From contig JBNKLC010000045.1 of NCBI GenBank assembly GCA_050292155.1, positions 18,757-82,756 on the forward strand: a stretch of DNA of 64,000 bases, in the 5' to 3' direction. Position 1 is the stretch's first letter. Each line of letters begins with the position of its first letter. Of this stretch, positions 49,864-59,339 are shown piece by piece. The notes under the pieces are model-generated. The model saw only the letters and a program-made list of their open reading frames with translations, did no database searches and was not told the origin of the DNA. The stretch comes from Arcobacteraceae bacterium. GTDB taxonomy: Bacteria > Campylobacterota > Campylobacteria > Campylobacterales > Arcobacteraceae. Position numbers and translations under genes: made by a program.

Positions 49864-51177
49864 TTGATGGATAAAGCATACCAAGGGATATTAATAGCTT
49901 TCGTTTTATCGGTAATAGGATATCTTACGGCTAATATCTATTTTGAACCTACACATGCACGTCTTATAGCTGTTGTGGTTTTTTTGGTTACCCTTTGGAC
50001 AAATGAAGCACTCCCTTTAGGAGTAGTTTCTCTTTTACCGATTATCCTTTTCCCCTCACTTGATATTTTAACAACATCGGCAACAACTGTTAATTATTCC
50101 AAATCGATTATCTTTTTATTTTTAGGTGGATTTTTACTGGCAATTGCCGTTGAAAAGATAGGATTGCATAAAGTGATTGCCAATAAGCTTTTAAATATCT
50201 TTCCTCCAAGTAGTAGAGGGATTATATTTGCCCTTGCTATCACTTCTGCATTTTTAAGCTCACTTCTATCCAATACAACCACGGCACTTTTACTTATGCC
50301 GATAGCTCTTTTTTTAACAGATATAAAAGAGCTAAAAATCCGTTTTGTACTCGCTATTGCCTATGGAGCAAGTATAGGAGGGATAGTAACTCCTATAGGA
50401 ACTCCGCCAAATCTTATTTTAATGGGATTTTTACAAGATAATCATTTAGAAACTCTCACTTTTATCACTTGGATGTTTAAAACTCTCCCTTTAGCGGCAA
50501 TTATGCTTACAATCGTCCCTTATATACTCTCTTTAGGAACATCGAAATTTAATATAGAAAACACTATTGAAAGTAAACAACTCTCAAAAGAGCAAAAAAG
50601 ACTTCTGATGATTTTAGGCACATTGGTAATTGTCCTTTTTGTAAATTCATTTTTTAAAATAAGTGAAGCGGGAATATTGCTCGGGTATGGTTTATTGATG
50701 ATGGTTCCAAAAATTGGGTTTATTGAGTGGGAAGATAGTAAAAAAATTCCTTTTGAGATTATATTTTTATTTGGTGCAGGATTTTCTATCGCTGCAGCAT
50801 TTGGATCAACGGGACTGGCTGAAGCTATATCGCAGCTTTTATTGGCTCTAACTGAACTGCCTGTATTGGTGCTTATTATTATCGTGGCATCACTTATTAC
50901 CTTTACAACGGAAGTTACGAGTAATACAGCTTTAATCTCAATTGCACTGCCTATTATTTATGCTCTAGGAACTGCTGCAAATTTAGATACGGGATTAATT
51001 TTAATGGTAGCAACCATTTGTGCAAGTTATGCTTTTATGCTCCCTATTGCAACCCCGCCAAATGCTATTGCGATGAGTAGTAAAGTTTTACGTATAAAAG
51101 ATATGGCAAAGTATGGAATAGTATTTAATATTTTGGCGATTCTTTCAACAACGTTGATTGCATCTCTTTGGTGGTAA
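49864..51177 (+). CDS. SLC13/DASS (ArsB/NhaD superfamily) anion transporter
   Basis: 437 aa polytopic, with duplicated hairpin-type motifs GGIVTPIGTPPNLI and MLPIATPPNAI. Confidence 0.7.
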   Translation: MMDKAYQGILIAFVLSVIGYLTANIYFEPTHARLIAVVVFLVTLWTNEALPLGVVSLLPIILFPSLDILTTSATTVNYSKSIIFLFLGGFLLAIAVEKIGLHKVIANKLLNIFPPSSRGIIFALAITSAFLSSLLSNTTTALLLMPIALFLTDIKELKIRFVLAIAYGASIGGIVTPIGTPPNLILMGFLQDNHLETLTFITWMFKTLPLAAIMLTIVPYILSLGTSKFNIENTIESKQLSKEQKRLLMILGTLVIVLFVNSFFKISEAGILLGYGLLMMVPKIGFIEWEDSKKIPFEIIFLFGAGFSIAAAFGSTGLAEAISQLLLALTELPVLVLIIIVASLITFTTEVTSNTALISIALPIIYALGTAANLDTGLILMVATICASYAFMLPIATPPNAIAMSSKVLRIKDMAKYGIVFNILAILSTTLIASLWW

Positions 51178-51188
51178 AAGAAAAGAAT

Positions 51189-51461
51189 TTAAGAAAGAAA
51201 CTGCTTGATTTTTTTGTAGTCGTCCAACTCTTTTTTCATATTTTGTCTATGCGTTTTTAAAAAAGAGATATTTTTGAAAAGAAGTTCTCTTAGACGTTCA
51301 AGTTGATCTATTTCTAGTTGAAAATCTTCAATTGAAGAGTGACCGCTTAAATATTCCGTAACCCAAGAACTAAGGCTGGAAGCCCGTAAATTATCATCAT
51401 CAATGGCATCAATATATTGAAGCCGTTGTAATGCTTTTATAGACCGGTCTCTTCTTTCCAT
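51189..51461 (-). CDS. small helical protein downstream of fliS (FliT-like position)
   Basis: 90 aa, predicted all-helical, overlaps the fliS 3' end by 25 nt. Same position as the chaperone gene following fliS in Helicobacter-type flaG-fliD-fliS clusters. No motif recognised. Confidence 0.4.
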   Translation of the reverse strand: MERRDRSIKALQRLQYIDAIDDDNLRASSLSSWVTEYLSGHSSIEDFQLEIDQLERLRELLFKNISFLKTHRQNMKKELDDYKKIKQFLS

Positions 51462-51793
51462 GCTTCAATAAGTCCAGTTACTACTTTTTTTACCTGAGCG
51501 ATTGCACCAATATTATTATCAACACCGGCACTAAAAAGAGTTTCAATCTGATAAAGATAAAGACCGTCAAGATAATAAGCGACATCCCCACCGTCAAAAT
51601 CCAATATATTTCTAAGCTCATCAAATATAGCAATAGACCTATTGATATATTCAAACTTTTTTTCTACGTTATTTTGATTTATCGCATCTTCTACAAATGT
51701 CAAATATTTTAAAAGCCCCTCATAAAGCTTTAAAATAAGCATATACGGGTCTTCCGTCGTTGCTGCTTGCTGGTTATAAACTTCTAAACTCAT
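51437..51793 (-). CDS. fliS: flagellar export chaperone FliS
   Basis: LILKLYEGLLKYL and four-helix-bundle length. ATG at 51793 with GGAG 6 nt upstream is preferred over the GTG at 51805 used in the track. Confidence 0.85.
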   Translation of the reverse strand: MSLEVYNQQAATTEDPYMLILKLYEGLLKYLTFVEDAINQNNVEKKFEYINRSIAIFDELRNILDFDGGDVAYYLDGLYLYQIETLFSAGVDNNIGAIAQVKKVVTGLIEAWKEETGL

Positions 51794-51828
51794 TATAATC
51801 TCCACATTTGATATATGGAGATTATAAT
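51792..51828 (-). promoter_or_regulatory. 13-bp hairpin sequestering the fliS Shine-Dalgarno and start codon
   Basis: mRNA sense: AUUAUAAUCUCCA-(11 nt loop)-UGGAGAUUAUAAU-G. Arms are 51816-51828 and 51792-51804, perfectly complementary. The 3' arm contains GGAG and the AU of the AUG. Confidence 0.5.
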
Positions 51829-51849
51829 ATATAAATACTTAAATTTTAA

Positions 51850-53193
51850 CTACTTGGCAGTAGACTGTTGTATCATTAATTGTAATCCGCTGAATGATGC
51901 TTCCATTTGTGCAATGATAGATGCATACTCGACAAATTGACTTGCCATTGTACCGTATTTTGTTTCCATATCTTCAATTGTCTGTTCTTTTTCATCTTCT
52001 AAATCTGTTTTTCTATCAAGCATATTTTCTGCATACTTTGTTAGTACACCGTCATAAGAGTTGATATCATCCATGTACTCTTTCATTAAAGTACCAAAAC
52101 CTTTATCTTCAGCAGTACCTAAAAAGAAATTTTTTACACTATCATAATCTGTTGTTAAAGCTTCTCCTAATGCTGTTGTATCAATTATAAGTAATCCGTC
52201 TTTATCAAATTCAAAACCAAAATTTACTGCATTGGTATTATCCGGTCCATACTCTTGAAAAAACATATTTTTTATGTTACTCAGCATATTTCTCAGTGTT
52301 GATTTATCTTCAATTGGACTTTCCGTATCGTATATTTCTGCTGTAATAAAAGCTGCGATTTCATTATATGCATCAGCTAGATCTTGAACAGCAGGCATAA
52401 TCGCACTGTCATCCTTTTGAATACTTAAAGTAGAACCCCCAATTTCTGTAGCAGTTACTTTTAAATTTCCTTCAACGGTAATACTATTTGACGAAACATC
52501 ATAAGCTACTCCATCAATTGTCGCTTGTAAGTTTTGTGCGGTTAATGTATGATTTCCGGCATCGTTAAAACCAAAAGTAACACCTGATTCAACAATTGTA
52601 AGGGCATTGGCAGTTCCTGGATCACTACTTTTAAGAACAAGCTTATACTCATCAACCCCAGTTTGTTCAACAGAAGCGGTAGCTGCACCGTTTAGATTGA
52701 TACTGTCGGCTAACTCCTGCAAAGTTAAACCGTCAGTGGTAAAATCTGTTCCATTAATTGTAAGTGTACCTACGCCTAATGCAGTTTCTGCTCCAGCTAA
52801 AGTATAACCATTTGATTGCCATACATCTTTTTGAGCCAATTGGGTTACATCAATATGATACGTCCCTTCTTGTAAAGATCCCACATCTGTTGCATCAAAG
52901 ATTGCCGATGTTCCAGTTGAAGAGGCTGAAATTTGATCAAAAACATTATTTGTTGAACTAAAAAGATCAAACTGTTTTACTTGTGCGAGAAAGTCATCAA
53001 CTTTAGCTTGTAACCCTGTTATCTTTTCAGATTCAAGTTCCCAACTTTCTAAATCTTGCTCAATAGGTAATAAACGAGCTTTCTCTTCTGCGGCTCTTAA
53101 TTTATTGATAGTATCTCCACTCAGTGATTGGGTAGCTTCGCTCCCAAAACTTCCTATCATACTATAATCATAATCTGTAGTTAATTCAGCCAT
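51850..53193 (-). CDS. fliD: flagellar filament capping protein FliD
   Basis: N-terminal IGSFGSE...INKLRAAEE and C-terminal KYGTMASQFVEYASIIAQMEASFSGLQ heptad regions. Located between flgK and fliS. Confidence 0.85.
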   Translation of the reverse strand: MAELTTDYDYSMIGSFGSEATQSLSGDTINKLRAAEEKARLLPIEQDLESWELESEKITGLQAKVDDFLAQVKQFDLFSSTNNVFDQISASSTGTSAIFDATDVGSLQEGTYHIDVTQLAQKDVWQSNGYTLAGAETALGVGTLTINGTDFTTDGLTLQELADSINLNGAATASVEQTGVDEYKLVLKSSDPGTANALTIVESGVTFGFNDAGNHTLTAQNLQATIDGVAYDVSSNSITVEGNLKVTATEIGGSTLSIQKDDSAIMPAVQDLADAYNEIAAFITAEIYDTESPIEDKSTLRNMLSNIKNMFFQEYGPDNTNAVNFGFEFDKDGLLIIDTTALGEALTTDYDSVKNFFLGTAEDKGFGTLMKEYMDDINSYDGVLTKYAENMLDRKTDLEDEKEQTIEDMETKYGTMASQFVEYASIIAQMEASFSGLQLMIQQSTAK

Positions 53194-53218
53194 AATATCC
53201 TCCTTATGTTAAATTAAA

Positions 53219-55486
53219 TTAACGTTTTAATCCTAATAATACTTGCAGCATCTCATCAATTGTCGTAATGATTTTTGCATTTGCTTCATAGGCAGCTTGA
53301 AATTTAATCAATGAGACCATCTCTTCATCACTATCAACTTTTGTCAATTTGTCATAGGTTGTTTGAAGTGATTCTTTTACTGCTTCTTGTGCCTCTTGAT
53401 TAAAAATTATAGTTTCTCTATCATCGGCAACTTTTACCCGTAATGTTTGAAAATATTCTGAAAAGGACTGGTTGTTCTCACCTGTACCGTCAAAATCAAT
53501 ATCTGTTTTCCATTGAATTTCAGCTAAATAATCAAGATCTTCTTGCGATAGATCATGAATATTATTGGCATGAAATTGAAGTGTTTTTACACTTGCTCCT
53601 GAAAAAAGGTTAAGAAATATTGCTTTATCTGCATCATAGTCAATATTAACGGCATCTGTTCCAAAGATATACGTTTCACTGCCGGTTTCTATAAATGAAT
53701 CAGTATAATCCGAAAGCTTTTGTGCAAAAAGATTCAACTTTTCTTTATATTCTTTAAATAAATTGCTTCCTGAATCGGTTTTAATATTATTTAAAATGGA
53801 ACTTAAAGAACCACTATTGACTTCAACCTCTTTGTCATAGATCTCTAAATGGATATCATCAATTCCCTCTTTACTAAAGGTTTCATTTATATCTATATAT
53901 TGTCTTGAGTTATTATCATTAACAAGTAGTTCTCCGACAAAAGATCCGGCTTCTCCATCAACAACTGCTTCAATAAATAGATATCTGTCATCATGTCCTG
54001 GAGCATTGACACCAAGTGCAGGATTTTGGTATTTTGAGTGTCGTATATCAGAAGTAAGTATTTTATGACCATTTTGATCTAATTCATATTTACCGTTATA
54101 AGCAGTAACTGTACCACCAATATCTTTATCTTGATTGATGCGATATACTAACGCTTGAATAATATTGTTTTGGGTAACAACACCACCTCCGCCCGAAGCA
54201 TCAAAATCAACAGGAACACCTAGAGAATCAACTATCGTTTCTCCAATGGTAACTGTCATTTGATGACTATTATCAAGGATATAGGTAAGACTTTCCGTAT
54301 CTCCTTTTGTTGTTTCAATACTTCCGGTAAAATCAATCCCGGTACTTGAACTATTTCCAATGGCAGGGACATCTCCTTCAAATTGAGCATATGTAATTGT
54401 TACTTGATTCCCTGCTACAGTTAAAGAAGCTATCTCTTGATCAGGATGATAGAGATTCCAATTTGTAATGATGTTTGCACTTTGTGCATTTATATCTGTT
54501 GCTACGGCAATGCCGTCATCTCCCATTTGAGTAGGTACCGTATATCCTAAAAATTGAATAGTTTTTGCAGTACCGACAGCATCGCCACTACCATCATCTA
54601 CCAAACCGTTAATATCAATAGTTTGAACTTCGGCAATAGCAGCAGCTCCTGTGAATGATGGAAAAGAGCTGATAAAATCTCCATTAATACCCGTAGTTAA
54701 TGTAGCACCTGTTACAGGATCGGTTGCAGCATAAATATCTTGTTGAGGGGTATAGTTTTCTATTAATTTAATTTCATGGATATTAGTGTTAAATTTTACT
54801 GCTGTAATTCCTGCAACAATAAGCTCATAATTATCAGGATTTGAATCATCTGAAATCTCTACATCAATATATTGTGCTAACTCAAGTTCTAGTGTATCTC
54901 TTTTATCAAGAAGATCATTTCTATCTGTGGTTGAATGAAAAATTTTGTCACTGATATTTCCTATCTCTTTTAAAATAGTATTAACTCTATCAACTAAATC
55001 GTTGGCTTCACTAAGGAGACTCTCTTCTTTTGCTTCAATATCTCCATACAATTTCTTGAGACTTTGCACCACGCTTGTAGCACTATTGAGAAGATCATTT
55101 TTATAAATCTCATCTTGGGGTGTGGTACGGAGATTTTCAATTGATTCAAAATATCTATTAAGTTCGGCAGAAAGACCTGCATCATCAGTTTCATCAAAAA
55201 TGGACTCCATATCTCCAAGCATAGAGTTTAACTCTTTGATACTATTAAGTCTTCCCTCTTGAGTCACAATATTTTTGTATAAATATATATCGGTTGTTCG
55301 AGCGACATTATCAATCCATACACCACGACCTGTGCGTCTTGCATCATCATGTCCAAGTTCCGAAATATTTACAACTCTTTTTTTATAGCCATCAACATTT
55401 TCATTGGCAATATTATTAGAAACATTCTCAACTTGAGTTTGCGATACTTTTAATCCAGTTTGTGCAACATTTAATGTGTGTAACAT
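53219..55486 (-). CDS. flgK: flagellar hook-associated protein FlgK
   Basis: N-terminal LNVAQTGLKVSQTQVENVSNNIANENVDGYKKR and C-terminal LIKFQAAYEANAKIITTIDEMLQVLLGL. Long variable central region. Confidence 0.88.
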   Translation of the reverse strand: MLHTLNVAQTGLKVSQTQVENVSNNIANENVDGYKKRVVNISELGHDDARRTGRGVWIDNVARTTDIYLYKNIVTQEGRLNSIKELNSMLGDMESIFDETDDAGLSAELNRYFESIENLRTTPQDEIYKNDLLNSATSVVQSLKKLYGDIEAKEESLLSEANDLVDRVNTILKEIGNISDKIFHSTTDRNDLLDKRDTLELELAQYIDVEISDDSNPDNYELIVAGITAVKFNTNIHEIKLIENYTPQQDIYAATDPVTGATLTTGINGDFISSFPSFTGAAAIAEVQTIDINGLVDDGSGDAVGTAKTIQFLGYTVPTQMGDDGIAVATDINAQSANIITNWNLYHPDQEIASLTVAGNQVTITYAQFEGDVPAIGNSSSTGIDFTGSIETTKGDTESLTYILDNSHQMTVTIGETIVDSLGVPVDFDASGGGGVVTQNNIIQALVYRINQDKDIGGTVTAYNGKYELDQNGHKILTSDIRHSKYQNPALGVNAPGHDDRYLFIEAVVDGEAGSFVGELLVNDNNSRQYIDINETFSKEGIDDIHLEIYDKEVEVNSGSLSSILNNIKTDSGSNLFKEYKEKLNLFAQKLSDYTDSFIETGSETYIFGTDAVNIDYDADKAIFLNLFSGASVKTLQFHANNIHDLSQEDLDYLAEIQWKTDIDFDGTGENNQSFSEYFQTLRVKVADDRETIIFNQEAQEAVKESLQTTYDKLTKVDSDEEMVSLIKFQAAYEANAKIITTIDEMLQVLLGLKR

Positions 55487-55538
55487 TTTATACCCCTATT
55501 ATTGATACAATTGTAAAATAACAATTCTTAAATTTAGA

Positions 55539-56282
55539 TTAAAAAGGAGATATAGTTTCTAAGATTCTAGTTCCCCAAGGTTTCTCCATATAATCCTGTT
55601 CATCTCCATCTTTAAAATAGACAACTTTTAAATTTGCTAGTTTGCTTGAGTCTATGGTGTTTCCTTCTAACTCTTGTGGATTCATTACTCCACTTATTTT
55701 AAGTGTATGTTTTTGACCACTAATCACAACATACTTTAATCCCTCTAAAAGATAGTTGCCGTTTTGGTACTGTTCAGTTACTACAGCTGATACATCGTAT
55801 TCAAGTACATCTTCGATGGTAGTTTCGGCAGTTGCACTAAATGAACCGCTTCTGCTTGGTAAGCTAAATCCCATTCCTAAAAGTTTATTTAAAACATGTG
55901 CAGATCTTTTAAGAACACTTCCTAAAATCGGTGCATCTGTTTGAGGTACATTATTTAACGATCCTCCTGTTTGTGTTGTGCCGTCATCATTTAAAGAAGT
56001 TTTTCTTTCACTCTTTGTTTCAACTTTAGAAGGACCTTCTTTTACTGTAATATAGATAATATCTCCAAGTTGAAGCGCTTTTCTATCTGAAAAAAGTGAG
56101 CTGGTTTGTCCTGTAAACAAGGAACCTTTTGCTTTTGGTTTTGGAGGTTCGATTTTTGCAGGTATCTGATATTTTGGTTTTTCATTTATTTTTACAGACT
56201 CATTCATAGCCTGTCTACTTTTACTACAAGCTGTAAGTGAAAAAATAATTACAAAGAGTACAAACAACAACCTAAGCTTCAT
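55539..56282 (-). CDS. flgH: flagellar L-ring lipoprotein FlgH
   Basis: Lipobox FSLTAC, LFSDRKALQLGDIIYITV and VISGQKHTLKISGV. ATG at 56282 is preceded by GGAG. Confidence 0.88.
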   Translation of the reverse strand: MKLRLLFVLFVIIFSLTACSKSRQAMNESVKINEKPKYQIPAKIEPPKPKAKGSLFTGQTSSLFSDRKALQLGDIIYITVKEGPSKVETKSERKTSLNDDGTTQTGGSLNNVPQTDAPILGSVLKRSAHVLNKLLGMGFSLPSRSGSFSATAETTIEDVLEYDVSAVVTEQYQNGNYLLEGLKYVVISGQKHTLKISGVMNPQELEGNTIDSSKLANLKVVYFKDGDEQDYMEKPWGTRILETISPF

Positions 56283-56700
56283 ATTTATTCTCCACAATAG
56301 TTTTAAGATCAAGTGCTAATTTAATATTTGTTTTTGTATGCTTAATCATAGCATTTGCTCCGTATCTAATAAGTATAGGTTCAATATTTGTTGTAAAATC
56401 ACATACAATCAGCAGCCTATCTTTTACAATTTCAATAGATTGGATATGCTTTTGATCCAAGAGTTTGACAATAGTAACAGCTTCTTTATAAATAGTATTT
56501 TCCAGCTTTACCGTTTTATCATTGAGTTTTCGCTCAATTTCCTCTTTTATTTCAAGTTTTGTAGCAAGTATTTGGTTTTGTTCTTGAAACTTGGTACTCA
56601 TATGATTATAATAAAGATAAAAAATAATAAATAAAGAAAAAGCTGCTGCAAATTTGACAGCCGTTCTTTTGGTATTTCTATTTTTTACTAGAACAATCAT
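56272..56700 (-). CDS. bitopic membrane protein of unknown function within the flagellar operon
   Basis: 142 aa with one N-terminal TM helix (FAAAFSLFIIFYLYY), a coiled-coil segment, then a beta-rich C-terminal part. Its stop overlaps the flgH start by 11 nt. Confidence 0.5.
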   Translation of the reverse strand: MIVLVKNRNTKRTAVKFAAAFSLFIIFYLYYNHMSTKFQEQNQILATKLEIKEEIERKLNDKTVKLENTIYKEAVTIVKLLDQKHIQSIEIVKDRLLIVCDFTTNIEPILIRYGANAMIKHTKTNIKLALDLKTIVENKYEA

Positions 56701-56717
56701 ATTAAGACAACCTTATT

Positions 56718-57275
56718 TTATTTAATCACAAACGATGTAAAGAAGATATCGAGAACAGGGTTTCTTACTCTCTCTTCATCGCCTTCTGGAATAGAGTCGT
56801 TTAAAATATTATTGATCTCATCAAGCATCTCTTCTTTAAGCATCGCTTTTCCACCGACGGTTAAAAGTTCTTCAGAACTTCTAGCACTTACTTGTCGTAT
56901 AACCGAATCGATAATTTCTGCTTTCGTTTGTTCTAATATCGCTTCAATTTGCGGCTCTTTTGTTCTTAGTGTAAAAGAGAGTTTCATAAGTTTTACCCTC
57001 CCTTTTGCATCGGTAATATTAAGTACTAGGCTATCAACAGTTCCCCTAAAAGTTTCTCCAATATTCTCTTTTGGATCAGTAGTTTGAGCTTGTTGTTGCT
57101 CAACGGCAGTAGGAGCAATTTGTTGTGGTTTATCGTCAAAAATACCCTTTGACATTAGAAAATAAGCAAGTCCTCCAACTGCCAATAAAAGAACTACAAT
57201 CAAGACAACCAAAATGATCATCATTGATTTTCCACCACCTTTTTTCTCTTCTGTTTGAACCGTTTCTTCTGCCAT
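56718..57275 (-). CDS. fliL: flagellar basal-body-associated protein FliL
   Basis: Single TM (MMIILVVLIVVLLLAVGGLAYFL), LVLNITD...KLMKLSFTL and VLDIFFTSFVIK typical of FliL. ATG at 57275 is preceded by GGAGGG. Confidence 0.82.
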   Translation of the reverse strand: MAEETVQTEEKKGGGKSMMIILVVLIVVLLLAVGGLAYFLMSKGIFDDKPQQIAPTAVEQQQAQTTDPKENIGETFRGTVDSLVLNITDAKGRVKLMKLSFTLRTKEPQIEAILEQTKAEIIDSVIRQVSARSSEELLTVGGKAMLKEEMLDEINNILNDSIPEGDEERVRNPVLDIFFTSFVIK

Positions 57276-57294
57276 ATTTCCCTCCAAATAAAAT

Positions 57295-57786
57295 TTATTT
57301 TTGTTTGTTGTCTTCTTTTAAAATTCTCATTTTTTTCATAATAAGAGTTGCTGTATCGGTATCAAGTTTTTTTAATATCTTCATAACTCTTTTCTCTTTC
57401 ATTCTAAGCATTATATCAAATACTTCATCAATTTCCCCATTGTCAATCATTGTATTAAAAACATTTACCACAACACCCAGTTTCATTTTATCATACATTC
57501 TCATTGATTTAGAGGTAATTTCTCTTTTAATCTCTTGAAGTATTTTTTGATTTTCATCTTTGGTTTTTTTTATATTTTCTTCTGCTTTTAAGATCTCTTT
57601 TTGTATTTTTTCCAAGGCTGCTTTATTTTTTTGATATTGAAGCTCTTTGGTTTCGTAAAATTCATTTAGCTCGTCTTTTACCGTCAAAAGCTCCTCTTTT
57701 TCTTTGTAATAAGCACTTTTGGTTTCACTTGCTCCAAGCAAAGCATTTGAAAAGAGAATACAAAGTAATAATAGTTTCAAATACAT
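57295..57786 (-). CDS. periplasmic MgtE_N/MotE-like flagellar-associated protein (Cj1496c-like)
   Basis: Signal peptide, long coiled coil, C-terminal FNTMIDNGEIDEVFDIMLRMKEKRVMKILKKLDTDTATLIMKKM resembling the MgtE N-terminal-type repeat. Confidence 0.55.
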   Translation of the reverse strand: MYLKLLLLCILFSNALLGASETKSAYYKEKEELLTVKDELNEFYETKELQYQKNKAALEKIQKEILKAEENIKKTKDENQKILQEIKREITSKSMRMYDKMKLGVVVNVFNTMIDNGEIDEVFDIMLRMKEKRVMKILKKLDTDTATLIMKKMRILKEDNKQK

Positions 57787-57787
57787 C

Positions 57788-58204
57788 TTACGATACCTTT
57801 AATTTATCAAAAAACTTCACTTGCATATATTCAGATGCGGTAAGCTCTTCTTGTTTGTTGATACTTTTAATTTTTTGTTTTTTTTGTTCTTGTAAAATAT
57901 AGTTAAATTGTTCACTTTCACGGTTAAGTGCAATAATCTTTTGATCATATTGTTCTATTTGTTGGAGATAAAGTAATTTTTGCTGTCCCAGTTTTACAAT
58001 TTTATCTTTCATAGTAGCTTTATGAATCTCCAACATTTTAAAATCGGAAATTGCTCCCATAATATTTACTGAAGCACTCTGGAGATCTCTAATTGTTTTA
58101 GAAAGTTCTTTATTTAAGTCCTCAACTTTACTTACAATTTGTTGCTTTTGCAGCACTTCTTGGTTGATTTGCTGTTCTTTAAGTTTATATAGTTTATTAA
58201 TCAT
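57788..58204 (-). CDS. coiled-coil protein, FliJ-like flagellar export component
   Basis: ~138 aa, all heptad-rich (KLKEQQINQEVLQKQQIV...). ATG overlaps the fliQ stop as ATGA. Size and position fit FliJ, but I recognise no diagnostic motif. Confidence 0.45.
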   Translation of the reverse strand: MINKLYKLKEQQINQEVLQKQQIVSKVEDLNKELSKTIRDLQSASVNIMGAISDFKMLEIHKATMKDKIVKLGQQKLLYLQQIEQYDQKIIALNRESEQFNYILQEQKKQKIKSINKQEELTASEYMQVKFFDKLKVS

Positions 58205-58464
58205 GCTTTTCCAAACGTAATAATAAGGTCCCATAGATCATGGGTATATTGTAATATATGATCACCGATCCAAGGTAAAGAAAATACAATAAAAACAGAT
58301 ACGATAATCATTTTAGGAACAAACGCCAAAGAAGCATCACTGATTTGAGTTACTGCTTGAAAAACACTAATTAATAAACCGATAACCATACTTACAATTA
58401 ATGACGGCAAACCTAAGAGTAAAATGATTTTTACAGTTTGTTGTGAGATTGCCATAAAATCCAT
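58201..58464 (-). CDS. fliQ: flagellar type III export apparatus protein FliQ
   Basis: 87 aa, two TM, LLLGLPSLIVSMVIGLLISVFQAVTQISDASLAFVPKMI. Confidence 0.92.
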   Translation of the reverse strand: MDFMAISQQTVKIILLLGLPSLIVSMVIGLLISVFQAVTQISDASLAFVPKMIIVSVFIVFSLPWIGDHILQYTHDLWDLIITFGKA

Positions 58465-58467
58465 AGT

Positions 58468-58902
58468 CTAATCTTTTACCTTTATCGTAATTTCAATTGT
58501 TTTATTATTGAGTAGTTCTGAAAGCAACGTAGCAAGATCGGTTGTATTTACTTGAGATACATTTGAAACAGTCGTTTGCTCTGTCTCTTCTATAGCTTCA
58601 TCTTCTTGAACAATAGGATCATCTTCTTGAGTATTTTCTTCTACGATCACCTCTGCTTCTTCTTGTGCAGAGTCATCTTGAATATTTTCTTCTTCTGTTA
58701 TATCTTCTTTTATTTCCTCTTCTAGATTTTCTTCTTGAGGTGTATCGTTTAAGGCTGAAGGTTCATCCAAGTCTTCAATGGTAATACCGTCAATTTCAAT
58801 AGAAGAATCTTCAGAAGAATTCTCTTCTGGAATTTTTTCTCCCAATGCTTCAAGTACGTCAGATTCTATAAGTTCATCCAGTTCAGATAATTGTTCAGCC
58901 AT
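58468..58902 (-). CDS. extremely acidic, probably disordered protein with a short ordered C-terminus
   Basis: About 145 aa, dominated by E/D/S/T/Q (EENSSEDSSIEIDG...EEEIKEDITEEENIQDD...), ending in LATLLSELLNNKTIEITIKVKD. The ATG at 58902 has better AGGAG spacing than 58908. Confidence 0.5.
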   Translation of the reverse strand: MAEQLSELDELIESDVLEALGEKIPEENSSEDSSIEIDGITIEDLDEPSALNDTPQEENLEEEIKEDITEEENIQDDSAQEEAEVIVEENTQEDDPIVQEDEAIEETEQTTVSNVSQVNTTDLATLLSELLNNKTIEITIKVKD

Positions 58903-58913
58903 AATCATTCTCC

Positions 58914-59339
58914 TTACGGGTTATTTTTCAAAGCATCTAAAGTATCATCTTCAAGCATCTCGTCAATAGATGTGATCTCATCTGCTTTTGGTTTAGAATT
59001 TTCAATCGACTCAAGTCTTTTTTCAATATAAATTACAATATCTTCATAAGTCCGAACGCTAATATCTCCAATACCGTGATGATCTAAAAATTTTTTTTGT
59101 ATGCCGTCTTTAGGAATCAAAAATTTAAAGATTTTAGAAAAAAGATCGTTTTCAATCACTTTATTTTGGTCTATAATAAATATTTGATTGGGATTTTCTT
59201 CAATCAGCTCTTCAAGCCTGTAGAGGTATTCAACGTCGATTATCTCGCCGTCAGTTATTTTAAACTTAATATTGCCGTGTTCAAGAATCTTATGGATATG
59301 CATCTTAAAAGAGAGATCACCGTAAATATATATATTCAA
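58914..59339 (-). CDS. hypothetical protein, first gene of the minus-strand flagellar operon (flavodoxin/receiver-like alternation)
   Basis: 141 aa. The beta-alpha alternation NIYIYGD / HIHKILEHG / KFKIT / LEELIEENPNQ / IFIIDQN suggests a CheY-like fold lacking the canonical acidic pocket. Confidence 0.4.
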   Translation of the reverse strand: MNIYIYGDLSFKMHIHKILEHGNIKFKITDGEIIDVEYLYRLEELIEENPNQIFIIDQNKVIENDLFSKIFKFLIPKDGIQKKFLDHHGIGDISVRTYEDIVIYIEKRLESIENSKPKADEITSIDEMLEDDTLDALKNNP

